Positions 12,484 to 26,281 of a stretch of 64,000 nucleotides of DNA are shown one piece after another. Each line of letters begins with the position of its first letter. Position 1 is the first letter of the stretch. The position numbers and the translations under genes are program-made. This DNA comes from Styela clava (lineage: Eukaryota): contig NC_135253.1 of the NCBI RefSeq assembly GCF_964204865.1, positions 3,472,001-3,536,000 on the forward strand. Reading direction: 5' to 3'. The notes under the pieces are model-generated. The model ran no database searches and was not told the DNA's origin. It was given only the letters and a program-made list of their open reading frames with translations.

Positions 12484-15400
12484 ATGGATCAGGCAACTTT
12501 GCCATGGATGTTCTCAACTAGATGCAGAATTCTAGCCTTCTTAACGGTGGTTATTATATTCATGGAGATTACAATGGTGAACAGATGGGAGACATTAAAT
12601 ACCACCAATCCTTCAGCAACCAGCAGTCTGAACATGAACAAATGGAATATAAAGAGTTCTTTCCGCGAACTTGAAATTGACTTCAACGGAGGTATTCCCT
12701 CTATTAAAAAAGAGATAGATGATATTTTGAATATGAAAGGTGGCGATTATAATTCAAATGAATTACCGGAAGTTACAGATGATGCAACACACACACAAGC
12801 ACTGGTAGAACCACAAACAACTACCATACGTACTTCATTTACAACGACTAATAATGACTCGATGTACATACAATCAGAGCTGATTCGTAGGCTGAAGGCT
12901 GCGACTGACAGAAAGGTTAGTGACTCATTGTTATAGCGTTCGTTCGTTGGAAGCTCGAAGCAAAAATAAATGAGCCAAAATACTATAAAATAATCCAATT
13001 ACAAGTTCGCGTTCCGTATTAGATTCCTTTTAGTAAATTTGAAAAGTAAATTTCTACTTTAACCGGCTAGTATTTGGAATCTTATTTGACTGAAAAATGA
13101 TATACTCAACAAAAAAATATTATATAAATATATGTTTTCAAAAATGTCACTAAACATCGGGACACGATTGGCTATAGCCACCTTGAATCAAAGTGGCTAT
13201 AAACCAAGTGGAGACACCGTGTGAAATGATGCATATCGGACGTCATTTTGTGTCCAGCGAATCGGGGGAACTCGGCAGCGTTGGTTTGTTTTAGCTTCGT
13301 CAGAAGGTCTCTCGTTCGTCAATTTGTTCTAAGATTTTTTAATGTTTTGCATTTTATACTGGTATCGTTCGGTTTCGTGAAAGTTCCGGTAGGTATCTTA
13401 TCATCCCGTGTGAGTTATGCAACTTTGAAACCTCGTATCTCACGAACCTTATATTATATGCAGATAAGTTTTATATTGTTTGAGAGACAATCTAGGAGAC
13501 TATTTATAATTATGGGATGGAGATAAAATGTAGTGATTATTATACAAAAATTGACAAAATTGAAAAGCGTGGATTTTTTTTGGAAAGCTTTTGAATTAAA
13601 TAACAAAAACTTCGATTTGTTCTTGTTATAACCTAATATGACATCGACACATTTGCAGAGGTTAAATATAGCTTTCGAAATTAGATAGAATTTATCGTGC
13701 ACCAGTAAAATTGTTTAAGTTATTTTATTCAATGTTATCCAATTCTTAACATGTCAACTGCGCCAACTTGAGTTAAACAACAACGTTCCCTAATTACTTG
13801 TTACGCAATTACGTCGCAACGTGGCAACGTTCCGTATGAAAGAAAAACACATTTCGCTTTCTTTCGAAAGTGTGTAACGTCATTAACCTAATGCATACGT
13901 TTAAATCAGGTACTACTTGAACTGGTAATATGATACTTGTTCACACCACGCGAAAGTTTAAAGCCTGTGTTTTACATTAATCATTCCAGAAACTGATGAA
14001 ATGAATTTTCTCGGGAAAATTTTCCTTAATTTAACGAGGTGTTGCAACAGTTGCTCCAAAAATTATAGAATGTAAACGATCTCATGGCTAGCACATTGTG
14101 CGGCCTCATCAATTTCATCAAAGCATGTACATTATAAGGTACACAATTTAAAAACCAGCCGCCGCGAATGGTGTTGCAGTTTTTAATTCTTATCAATTTA
14201 TTATTGGCAGGATATTTCGATTTCTTTGCGTCGGAAAATGTAGAATAAATACTAGGTGATCTAGCGACGCCATCATGTCTTCTACGTTCTCGTTGATAAA
14301 ACTTAATTGTAACTAAGCCTTGATGTTTCCGGAGGAACCCCATAAAGACACGGGGTTCAAATTGTTTGTTTGTTTCCATGGAAAGTGTCAATCCCGATGA
14401 ATGCCCACAATCGTTACCAACTCTTTTTAGGTCTTACACACATGATAAATATTTGAAAATTGATAGTTTTACCCAATATTTATGCCACCCATTTAATCAG
14501 TAATCAGTAGTTAATTTTATCACCACATCGAAAATACACTTTTTTACACGAGAGCAGAAAAAAAGATGAAAAGTTGCATTCCGCGGTGAAAGGAGTCGCG
14601 ATAAACCAGTAGTGGTTATCGAGCAGCGACACCCGTGAAATGAAATAGTCTACCATTAAATTATACAAAAGTAAAAGTAGGATTGAAAAAATCATTGAAT
14701 CATGATAAGAGTAAAAATACTAACACAAATAGCATATGAATATATTTGCGAGACCGGATATTTCCGGTATCACTAGAAGAAAACAACTCCGAGCGACAAC
14801 AGGCAGATAACCATGGCAACTACAGGACGGATAATTCAAATAGCTAATAAAGGCATTGGATGCCGCTGGCTAGTTGTGATTGTGACTGAATGAAAGTTAC
14901 CGTACTGAGGCATGGCTCTTGAATGCTGGAGACGGATTTGTCTATGAAGGAGAAATATGAATTAACCCAAAAAATCATCTATAAATACCGACAATTAAAA
15001 AAAGCAATCGTATTTTTGCGCGAAGCATAAACTATATTTCGCACCAATATTAATAATGCCTTTCATAATATATATATATTCGCCTGTTACTTTTCTGACA
15101 GATAAAGTTGCTTGAAATATAATTTCCCATCTTGCCACAATATCGCTTTTAAAACTTTGAAACGTTTTCTCAATTTAAGGTTAAATCTTCACGCGAAAGA
15201 AGAGACAATTAAAATTATTGAAAAACGGTATTCTAGTAGACCTGCAACAAGAGCTCAAGTCAAATAGATAATATATTATTTTTCATACACTCCAGATTAT
15301 TAGATGTTTTTGTGAACTTGATTGATATACGCCGTTATCCTTCATTCCATGCATGTAGCATATTATTTAATATTATTTTGGCAATGTACACCTTGTTGAA

Positions 15401-18400
15401 AATTTGCGATACACATATATATTTTAATATCCTGACATGTACCGCAAAAACAGTGCAAGTTTCTGTAGTCAGTTTGTTAAAATAGGTTTTGTGCAAGTGC
15501 AATTAGGAATTTTATAATAAAATGTGTATATTTTGTTTAATATTTAGGTCTCATTGGGTGTTGATTTATCGAGTGAAATTGGATGACTTTAACCTTAACT
15601 TCGTATATGCTGGCCATACCGCCGAGCCGAGTTATCCGAGAAACATCTGCGGATAATTAATTTTTCAAAATAATGTTCATTCGTTTTGCCGCTGCGAAAG
15701 TTTGGTCCAAGTTATTGAGCATCTTTTTTTCTATTCAGCTGTTTAACGATCGCAGGTTTAAATCACTTAGTTGGGATCATACAGCGATAGAATTCTGGAC
15801 ACAAAATGGCTGGTGTGACGTCACACGTGCGCTTAATAACGTTACTAATGCATGTCCTTACTTGGTTTATAGTCACTTTGCCTTGAATATGGATCTAATA
15901 TTTCCGAATAAATGAACTTCAAGGGGAAGGATGTCCCGGCTCGTTAAGCAGCATAATTATTAAACTACGTCTCCTTGCACTATGAAATGACATTCGTGAT
16001 TTCACTTTTACATTCTGTATGTACAACGTGTAATTTCAGTGTGGTAAACTACTGGACCATGCATTCATTGCGTAAACGTGTCATCGAACTCGCAATGAAA
16101 AGTAGAACCGATGCGTTGTCATTTTTTCAACCAAATATTTATTTTAGATAATACTTGTCTGGATTCCAATGTTTGGTGTGAAGGATCCACATCCCATCGA
16201 CGCTAAAAAATGCGGGAATTGTGAAGTAACTTATGACAGAAACAAGGTGAATTCTATTCAAATTCCGTCTTAAATTATATTTTTACCTTGATGTATTTAT
16301 ATATTGATGTATTTATTTCAAAAATTTCAGGTTGTACATTTTTGCGCATAAACAGTTGAAAATGTTTTGATCTTTTAGCATAGTTAGTGTTAGTGGTGAT
16401 AGAAATATGTTGCCATGTTCACTGAATTAAAATATCAGAACTGAATCAAATGCATTTTTTTAGGTAGCATTATTTTAACTGAAATATCGTTTAAATTTTT
16501 GTTCGAATTATATACAATTCTCAGTATGGTGGAAATCATAGGTATATAATATAAAAAATATATGAATGACTGCGTGATACTATTCACCCGACTTCTATTC
16601 AAATGCAGATAAATGACGAGAAAACTGGGGCAGTTGTGTTTCACTTTGATGCAATTAGAGCTAACAACATGCCATCTACGAGGTAGGTCCAAAAATTTGA
16701 ATGCTAGTTGAAATTCAATATGCAGAAAGCCAGTGGGCTCAGAGTAGGATCAACTTATGCTTATGTGTTTCATCTAATGCCATTTTAACACGGGGTGTGT
16801 GTTTCATATTTCCAATACTAACAAGTTTCAAAACCTTCCTTACTGAGTTATAAATATATCGTTCAGGTTCCATTCTTTCCAAAACAGCTACAAAAATATT
16901 ATACAGTGATGTTTATTCGTTTACGGATTTCTCTTCAGAAACCTTAGTCAACTTTACATATACTGGGACCTGGAATCGACTGCAACCCTGCGCGTCGTCA
17001 GAGGACAGTCCTTACAGTTCGAGGACAATTTTCATTTTAATGGGACCATGACATACAGGTAAGGTTCCTTTAGATATTGCCAAATCTAAAATTTATATGA
17101 AATCTTTTAGATAGGTTTTTTGTTTTGTTTCTAGTCATATCTATGTTGCAAGAGATCAACACACAAATAAATAGACACAAAACTACCTTATGCATCTTTG
17201 TCATATGTCGTTTGTGGGGAGTCAGCTTTCCATTTCTGCCGTGTCGCATTTTTTCTAAAAGCCCACAAAACTTCGCGGTGGCTCAACAGCTACATGAACA
17301 TTATCAACAATAAATTTATCAACATGTCTAAAGTCACAAAAATCGATCAAATATATTGAACTTCATTGTTAATCAATTTTATCTTGCTCATAAACATAAT
17401 CCAGGCGAAGGTCGCTACGCTACCCGCGAGGGAAATGTAAGGAAAAGATTTGAGTATAAAAAAGCGGATGTTATATAATGAATTTGATGGTTGCACCGGG
17501 TCGTTGCGCCGGACGAATGGTCGTCCGGCGCACTGCCCCCAGTCCCTTTAGTCCATTAAGTAGTTTAAATAATACGTCATAAACTGATCACTCTTAATGG
17601 AAGTCGATTTCTATCAATTTTAGGGTCCGTGTTCACTCAACCGTGACGAAATTTTTTTGTCATTATCTTCACTGTATATACCTTGTGTGGCCCAAATATG
17701 ACATCCCCATCTATTACCATTCTCGAGATATGACCTAAAATCACTGGAGCGTGACTGACATGTGGGAGAAAAAAATTCTACCTAAAACTGATTCGAATAA
17801 TTTTTCCGATCATGCCCATGCCTTCAGATTCTTGATAAGACCTCTCTGAAGCCGGCAAACGGCCAAAATCACTAGACCGTGACGGAGGCATGGGAGGAAA
17901 AAAATTCCTTGAAAAAAGTATTAAACTAATTTTTCTCAACCTACCTATATACTTTTTTTACTCAATATCACAATTCCGAAGCGCAACATTCCGAAGTCAC
18001 TGGAGCTTTACGGGGAAGGGGAATCCCCAAAGTTCAGGTGGTGAAATATTCTATTAATTAGTCTCTTCGATATTTATCCATCACTTTGCCCAAAAACCGA
18101 TGGCAGTTCCCCCACCCCTAATAGTACTTGTATAAATTCCCAATACTCGGGTATGAATATGTTCATGAGCTGGGCCTTTTTTGGCGCTGATTCATGTAGG
18201 CTGCTGTCCGACAAGTGATAGGTAATAATAATACATTCTCGAGCTCGAACACAATTTTAGCTTTCATAGGAATCTTGGCACGTAGGTCTTGGATAGTGTC
18301 CACATAACCCAGGAAATTTCATTGCGATCTGGCCAGAGGAAGGGGGTTTCTGTGAGTTGGAGGCGGGTACCTGTCACTGAAGACACACTCGAATAACTTT

Positions 18401-21129
18401 GTGATTTAGAGGTTTAGCGTCGTTTTCCAGGATGGCAAAGCGTTTCTCCGATCATTGCAAACTTCCAAGTATACTTTTGGCAGTGAGGTTCGTGGTCCTG
18501 AATTAGAGTAGTTAGACAATACTTCTGAATTTTAAACCTAACATAACCAATCAATTTTGTACATTTACATGTCTCTTTGTGCATGTAGTCATATTTAGTA
18601 GACATCAAACCCAAATTGTCATACATTTAATATTTTCCAATGGGAATGCCATGGGATGGGATAGGACAGGCATAAATTGCTATGGGCTGAAGTGGGATGG
18701 GACAAAAAGATATGACCCATTGACAAGCTTGCGTATCTGTAAACACACATCTACGAATGTGGTGTGAGAGCCTCTAGTCTAGAGTCTAAAGATTGTTTCA
18801 TATTGCGTTTACCTACAAATTCGCGATCACAAAATTGCGCTATATTTGTAAATATTTACATTATACTTTTTTATTGAAAGGCACTTCTCAAAAATAAAAA
18901 TATCTCATGTTTTCATGCGGTGAAAACGTGATATTTGTCAGTATTCATAGTTTTCCTACTCCATCGACAAGAGTTTAATCAACAAGAGTTTATTATAATA
19001 TTTAACCCATCGTGGATCGCCCTGTATAAACATGTTTGCAAAATAACGCCTTCCAAAGAAAGGCCTATTCAAAAAGCATTTTGCATTATTATGTGAAATG
19101 TTACGGTATTCTTTTCAATAAATGATTAATATTTACTCAATCGAATTTTATTTTTTTGAAAACGAAATCACCACATCAGGGTGTAGAATAAATCCCTAAT
19201 TTCATGTATCTATAGCTAAGTAAATTTGAAGCACCCAAGTTGCGTATTTTCAAATTTTTACAGGCGGGATTCGGATTTCTATCAAAGTTATGAACACGGA
19301 TATAATGTGGCAAGAATCTTGGAGGAAAACACTCGTACACCCGAAGAACTGCTCGCTATGAAAACCAAACTATCTGTAGCAATTGTCTCAAACTGTGGCT
19401 ACACTCCTGGAGCACGCACTCGAATAAAAATGCTCAAGGAGCTTATCGGATTGGGATTTAAGCTAGAAGGATTTGGTGGATGCTTTAAAGGTGGTAAATT
19501 TGCTAATGGTAAAGGCCGAGGCGAGCCGGAATTCTTCGTTGAAGTGAGGAAATATAAATTCTATTTTTCGTTTGAAAATTCTCATCACTGCAAAGACTAC
19601 ATTACTGAGAAGTTTTTCAATAATGCCATCAGATCATTGACTGTACCTGTTGTATGGGGAGCAAATAAAAAGGATTACGAAGCAGTGGCCCCACCAGGAT
19701 CATTTATATTTGCTGAAGATTTTGCTTCTATGAAAGATTTAGCAGATTATCTCAATTATCTAGATAAGAACGACACGGCATATCTAGAGTATCTTAAGTA
19801 AGTTATTACGATCATTAAATAAGTTCTACTACATTGTTTTTCTAACGCTCGAGATGGTGAAAAAAAAATAAGCCTAAAACTATAGAGTATAAGGGTACTC
19901 CCGCAGTATGTCTACCAGGTTATGGTTAGACCATAATTTTATTCTGATTTTTAGTACTATTACGAGTTCGGTGGCTGTCTGTGTTAGCCAAGTGAATATA
20001 CCATACCCCCTGTCCGTAGGTTTCAGTCCCTTCACCCAACTTGATGTGAAGTGGGCGAACAAAATTAGTTACCTTCATATTGGTACACACTACACACGCT
20101 TCTGGAGGGCCGTATTGAGAACATTATTATGTGTGAATTTTGATATATAAATTGACTAAATTATCCGTTTATCCGTGATGAATTTTATCAACGGAAAATT
20201 TGATGAAAGTCCAGTTGGCTGCCGATCCATGATATGTTTTGTGACCGAATTTATTTAGAGTTCTGTTACTTGCCACAAGCTGCTGAGATTAATCAGATAT
20301 TGATGATTCGATGCGAGCCAATAACATAATGGTTTTCGTGGTTCTTATCGCGCGATTATTTTAAAAGATAATTGAATACAACGTTCGCCGTTCGTTAACA
20401 ATTTCTATATTTGTTTTATTTAAGTAGTATTTTTGAATTTAGGGTTCATTAGACGAATTCTTTAATTTAACTTGCTTAATTTACAATGCAGTTGTAAATT
20501 CCGTTACTGAAGTATGCGCACCAAGATGGCGCACAACCTGATGTTATGCGACATCTTGGTTGCGCACACTTCAGGAGTACCGAAATTTGACTACATTTTT
20601 GGATTCGCATCGTTTTATTCTCCAGAGTAGACTATTTCAATATGTTAAAAACTCAAAAAAGTTTTTTGGAGTGTCATAATTGACTGTGATACTGTGTTAT
20701 AAAAGGCGCGGAAATATCTTCGGCTTGTCGCATCAATTTACTCATTTGACTCCAACTCCGCCAGCTAGCATATGCTGTTAAACGAACCGTAAAATCGTTA
20801 GTCGTTAGTATATACGTATACTTATCTGTTCAATTGTGGGTTGTTATACGTATACGTCTTTTATATAGGTAAGTTTGACCCCTCATTTTCCTTGTTTCAG
20901 GTGGTTGACGATGAAGCCGAGTGACATGCCACAGTACGGAAGAGCAAGAGAATGGTGTTCAATATGCAGAGCTTTGCATGGAATCAACTATGATGACAGT
21001 TACAGTCCAAAATATAATAAGACGAACCCAGTTAGGCCCTTATTTACAGACGGTGTAGCCCCTAGAACTGTTGAACACTTAATAGACTGGTATTACGGAG
21101 AAGATAATCCCGAGTGTTTTTCTAGGTAA
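12484..21129 (+). CDS. GT10 alpha-1,3/4-fucosyltransferase, copy B (intact, 495 aa, type II membrane protein)
   Basis: Exons 12484-12915, 16148-16246, 16609-16682, 16939-17058, 19264-19797, 20901-21129 total 1488 nt in one open frame. N-terminal TM ILAFLTVVIIFMEITMV, Thr-rich stem, IILVW, FNGTMTYRRDSDF and YKFYFSFENSHHCKDYITEKFF motifs. Confidence 0.95.
13189..15880. mobile_element. 2.7-kb non-autonomous DNA transposon, P- or hAT-superfamily-like, in FUT B intron 1
   Basis: 21-bp TIRs caaagtggctataaaccaagt / acttggtttatagtcactttg (1 mismatch), perfect 8-bp TSD ccttgaat (13181-13188, 15881-15888). Absent from the duplicate intron (~33000). No transposase ORF seen. Confidence 0.88.
20506..20578. 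mobile_element. Palindromic mini-element copy, loop partly deleted
   Basis: ctgaagtatgcgcaccaagatg...catcttggttgcgcacacttcagg; same family as 3368-3458. Confidence 0.7.
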
Positions 21130-22149
21130 AGTTATAGACCAGGCAAATTGGCTACAAAATTGAGGTGGTTTGAACACTCTGCTTGAAAATGATGAATAAT
21201 TAGGATTTGAGTTGAGAAAATAATTTAAATCTTTCCATTTGCTTTCTACAAATGCTTATAATAATGCGATGGGGCGGAGATACTGATGAAATTGCTGGCT
21301 CCCTATGCACTATGCAAAAACACAAGCTGTTTTTAGCGAGGTTGTAATATTGACTCGTGTATAAGGCCGGATTGGAGTCTTCTGGCCGGTACATGCAATT
21401 GTCCCCTAAGTTTCTTAAGCATCGAATCGACGTGGCCTATATAACGGGGAAATATTGACGGGATCGATGAATTTCTGCACGTGCCCATGGGAAAGCATTG
21501 AAGACCCCACATCATAAATTTAATAAAAACACATTATCATATACCAAGTAAAATATATTATATCTTCCACTGTTTGCAAAATTTATTGCTTCATGTACGA
21601 AAATTAGAATAGTTGTAACCTTCCACGATTTCATATTTCTATGCACGATTTTATTAACGATGACATTAAATAAAACAAAAATATTCATCGTTATTACAAG
21701 TTTCCTATTTACTTAATATATAATGTCCGAATGACAAAACGATTATTTGGAAGTGTTTACTTTCTTACTCAATTCTTACCTTGTTATACGTGACAATATT
21801 AAATGTTTGTGGTGCCCTATTGTTTTGGATTAAAAGTAGAAAATAAGTGTTTAAATATAGGCTTATTTGCATTGTTCTGACCGTTTATAGTCCTGGCTGG
21901 AGCTTACTCCCGATATCTGTGTCATGCGATGCCAGTGAGATGCCGCCAAAGTGGCCTTCTTTTATTAACTGCGTAGCTTTCTTTCTTATTAGATCTTTAT
22001 TGATGATTTTTTTATTGACTATTGATTTGCACTCGAAGGACGTCAGTAGGAAAGATAAATATATGCACGTGAACAAAATAAATCATTTCAGACCGAGTGA
22101 GTGATCATTTCAAATCTTATAATTCAACCTCCGAACGATTTCATTTATT

Positions 22150-24224
22150 CTACCCAACTGCGCTGACTGGTCCAGGACATGGCAAACTATTGTCAGCTTT
22201 TAAGACAAATTCATGTTGGCACCCATTTGGCAGAAGTATAGCTTCGCACTCGTCAGGTATGGTTGGATTTTCCATGCTAGAAATAGAATGTTTACGTTAT
22301 TAATGTGGCCATTGGTAAAAACAGTACATTTTAAGATACTAGAAATAGCAATTACGTTATTAATATGGCCATTGGTACAATCAGTACTTTTTAAGATGCT
22401 AGAAATAACAATTACGTTATTAATGTGGCCATTGGCAAACAGTACTTTTTACTATTCAACAATGAAGTTTATAAGAAGCGTATTCAAATATGTTTTGACA
22501 TGAGTTCAATTAATTTACAATGCATTGACTTCAATTTCGCTTTAAACTATAATAAATAAATTATGTAATTATACAGTATGTGATTTAAGGCAGATTAGGG
22601 AATCTTGGATGAAAGAGAAATCAAGTGGCAGCTTTAAACACTGGATTATATTGTAACCATATGAGAAATTGATAGCCTTAGCAAGTAAGGGGCAAGAATT
22701 TTAATGTGGTTGGTCGACCCAAAGAGTTTGTGATATGGGTTGCTTCAAGCGGCTTTGGTAAACGCGTGCGTACGGCAATCCGCGAAGTACTGTAGTCCAC
22801 GGAATCTGCATTACAATCACTGGTTTCACAAAACGTCACCCTGGCCTTTTCCAAGTGATTCAGAACAGAAATTCGTTTCATCGATAACGTACAACAAATG
22901 TAAAAAGTCGATCGCCATGCCATTATGATTAAATATAGTTTATCAGTGAATTTATAAAAAAATGTATATTTTTTGCAACCTTCTATGGAATTTGAAAAAC
23001 AATGCGCAAGTGAAAATTTCATTAAAATGCACTATGAAGTTGCATAAAGTGTAATTTATAATTTTATTCAACTTACTTGTTACAGCATGACCATGCAACT
23101 GAGTCCACGATTCGATAAACAACGAACACTTCAGACCGTTCATCTTTGTTTTTATCAGTTACAGTTGTGAAGCCAAATGGACATGATGTTGGGTGGATAT
23201 TTTCAAGATTTATAAAATAGGTTTTCGTTTCCTTGGTTGTTGGTAATGCATTTTGTACAGGAAGAGTGCAGTTTAAATAGGTCTAAAAAACGATTAAATT
23301 GAGTAACATGAGATGCATGTTGTATCTATAATTGTCCCCTCCCACGAGTATAAAAGTATCCTTGCTTCGTCGATGCAAATAATGGTTGTTCTATCTTATA
23401 AGGGCAGTTACATGATTCGGAGCTCTGCAAACTGGAAAGTCGATATGAAGTTCTCCTCTTACATTCGCAATAGTTAAAAATTTCAAAGTTCATTTTCTTT
23501 TTACGCTTATTGCGATACACATACATCGTCCGTCGTTTGATTAAAGACCACAAAACCTGAGGCATTTGGTATGGTATTAAATAATTTTTCTGTATACAAA
23601 CGCAACGGCAAAAGTTCTCAAAAATAAAAAAAGTGTCGCGCACCAAAAGTTTGCAGAGGTCAGCAACGTTCCCTCCAAGCTGCGCCGCCGCGTAGCTGGC
23701 CGATAATCCCCGCGCAGTACTTTCGTTCTGCCGCGCACTGGAGTTTATAAATAAATTCTGTGTTCGTTTAAAATGTTGTGTTCTTTTTTATTTTTTCGCG
23801 CAGACTTTTTTGAACCTCACATGGCCTTCTATTTCGCGCAACTAGGCAAGCTCTTAGAGGGTACGTTGGAGGTCAGACATAAATATAGATCTCAAATCTT
23901 CCCATTCTGCCCATATGTCATATTTCGATTTGGATGGTAATCTGTAGCGACATTATAAAACTATAGCACTGTTAGTACCGTGAAATTTTGATATTGATGT
24001 AAAATATAAATACACACCCCATACGTTACTGGATCGCAGCTACACTCAACACAGGGACCAGCGTTCCATTTTTGTCCTACATGATGATACTTCGTGAATG
24101 TCATTGAATCAGTTTTTGTAGTATGCAAACACCCTCGACCCAGTTGAGTTTCTCCGTAATCGCATGCTGCGTTGGCACAAGCGAATGTGACAATCCAAAC
24201 AGAAATCAAGATGGAGTATTTCAT
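22150..24224 (-). CDS. Secreted beta-microseminoprotein/small serum protein-like protein, type 1, copy 1 (179 aa)
   Basis: Minus-strand exons 24224-24018, 23282-23077, 22276-22150 total 540 nt. Signal peptide; W-x4-C-x2-CxC ... CC ... PDEC ... C ... PCPGPVSAVG* Cys pattern of the PSP94/MSMB family; 12 Cys in mature chain. Confidence 0.88.
22274..22450. repeat. 3 x ~60-bp tandem repeat overlapping the exon-3 splice acceptor
   Basis: Unit atgctagaaatagcaattacgttattaatgtggccattggtacaaacagtactttttaag; also present at ~39039-39220. Confidence 0.9.
23664..23868. mobile_element. 205-bp hAT-type MITE
   Basis: TIRs caacgttccctccaag / cttagagggtacgttg, perfect 8-bp TSD gaggtcag. Empty site in the duplicate (~40378, gaagtcag). 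Confidence 0.9.
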
Positions 24225-24316
24225 TCTGGACTTTTTTGATGAAAATGAACACTGTATCACAAAATCAACGGTAGCACCTAACTCAATTATGTAGACGTTA
24301 TGCATTGCAACGCGGA

Positions 24317-24342
24317 TTTATACTTTTCCATTTGTTACGTCA
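24317..24342 (-). promoter_or_regulatory. Putative TATA box with upstream CRE-like TGACGTAA for the minus-strand MSMB-like gene
   Basis: Minus strand reads tgacgtaacaaatggaaaagTATAAAtcc ~95 bp upstream of the ATG; conserved in the duplicate. Confidence 0.5.
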
Positions 24343-26157
24343 CATCGACACAAAAGTTAATCGTAGACAAGAGAAAGTGCATATGACGACGGCAATAAAA
24401 AAATCACAAACACTTTAGTAGTAAACAATATTCTGCTGAATTCTAATTTTAGCTCGCAACTGCTTCTCACACATGAATCAGAAAGTGATTCAGAATTTAT
24501 CATTGTCAAATTTATTAACCATCAATACTGGTACTTCAATTGTTTTTTTCGTGTTTTAGTGCTTATACAGTTAGCGATATTCTTTTGAATTGAAAGCCAC
24601 AGGAGATAAACACGCGATAAACTAATCATTTTTTAATCAATTGTACAATATAAAGATGATTTGTACCTGAGATGCCGGTTTAAATGAATAGTGACAGAAC
24701 CATCTAAAATCGGTCAACCGATTGATCATTCCAAGCTTTAACTATTACGGGTGGACAACATTGAACGAATGACTATGGTCGATGAATGTCATTTCATAGT
24801 TACTATTTCACAGCTATCCTAATAGCATTAATTCATAACTCGGTATAGAAAGAAAGAAATAATTAATACTTCAATCGTTGTGTCTTTTTTTTTTATATAG
24901 TATTTGTTTTTGCAAAGCAAGGCTTGAATAACACTTAACTGGCTAGCAATAAGTTACAGTTAAGCTGGCCTTTAGGGCTCCATGGAAACACGGAATAAAC
25001 ATCCTTATCAGATTATTAGTAGAACAAAATTAACCGAGTACGGTATTTCCATTTGTCCATCATGTAATTCGGTTGAACAGACCTCACCGACTATTCGACT
25101 TAGCTCAAGTGTAAATGCAAATGAAAGCGCATTAAATTACTACCAACTTCAATTAATGTTAAACTGATATCTTTTTATTGCAGATTCATGGAAGATGTAT
25201 CATATAGTGGGAAAGTCCTACAAACACCTGAGGCGTTAATCGTGCATACTTAGAATAGAAACATCGTACTTTATTATTAGTGTGTCTAACTTAAAATAGA
25301 TCATAATTATTTGTTAGGTTTTCATGTAAAGCTTGTCGCAAAATATTTGCAAGAATTCTTGACGTCATCTGAATGATATCACATATAAATCACTGTCTAT
25401 GTTTTGAATAATTGTTTCAATTTCACCAGAAAAATATTATTTTTGTGATAAATTAGAATTTCAGTTTCTACCATGGTAACAATAACAACGATAACATAAC
25501 TAGATTGTTTTAAAAATTGCACACTTGACATTTTTCTGTGAAAATGATTTGACTTGACTTACACATTTGAACAAGTTTGCATGAAAGTGTTTAAAGCAAA
25601 TGAAGTGCAAGCTGGTATGATTAAATGCAAATCAAGTAGAGGAAATGATATTTCAAATTTGTCCGTCCTAGCACAATATGGTACATGTCGCTTCCAACTG
25701 AACCCCACATAGACCTGATTGGCTCCGCAATTCTTATTTAAAATAGTGATCTGAGATATATTTTTAATACTTTTGGTATCACTTCAGCAAGAAAAGTGCT
25801 GGCCATAGTTTAGCCGTATGTGATGTACGAGAGTCACACGTAATGAATTTAAACTAAAGCAGCATAAGCGTCTCACTCTCAGACGGCATTGAAAATCCCA
25901 ATTGCTCTGTGGTCTCATAAGATGACGCTTTTTCCTAAAATACCAAATATTGTGCTTTAAAAATGTCTTTCCGCGGTTATTCACAAATTCGAATTGAGCT
26001 AGTTTATTTTTGTCAATAATTAGTATTCTTACTGATTCTCGGGAATACGAAAACAGAGTGTTCACGACGGGCTGTCTCGAAAACAAAAATCGGTACTTTC
26101 GTTCTAACACCAAACGTAAACACCGTCGCGTCGCATATTTTTGTGCCACGGAAAATA

Positions 26158-26164
26158 TATAAAA
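26158..26164 (+). promoter_or_regulatory. Putative TATA box for the plus-strand MSMB-like gene
   Basis: ggaaaataTATAAAAg ~120 bp upstream of ATG 26282. Confidence 0.5.
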
Positions 26165-26281
26165 GACTTGCGTTCACATCAAACGAAACATAACTTAAAC
26201 CAGTCAAAAGAAGCGTTTGTCGTAATATCAAATTGCATTGTATTAATTTGCACGTATTAGATTTTTTTTACTTCAAGTACA

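Noticed and set aside
14026-14391. Possible transposase or THAP ORF in the 2.7-kb element
   Set aside because: No THAP C2CH or DDE motifs recognisable.
22678-23022. Minus-strand ORF as exon 3 of the MSMB-like gene
   Set aside because: No family Cys pattern in any frame; the true exon 3 at 22276-22150 matches the paralog.
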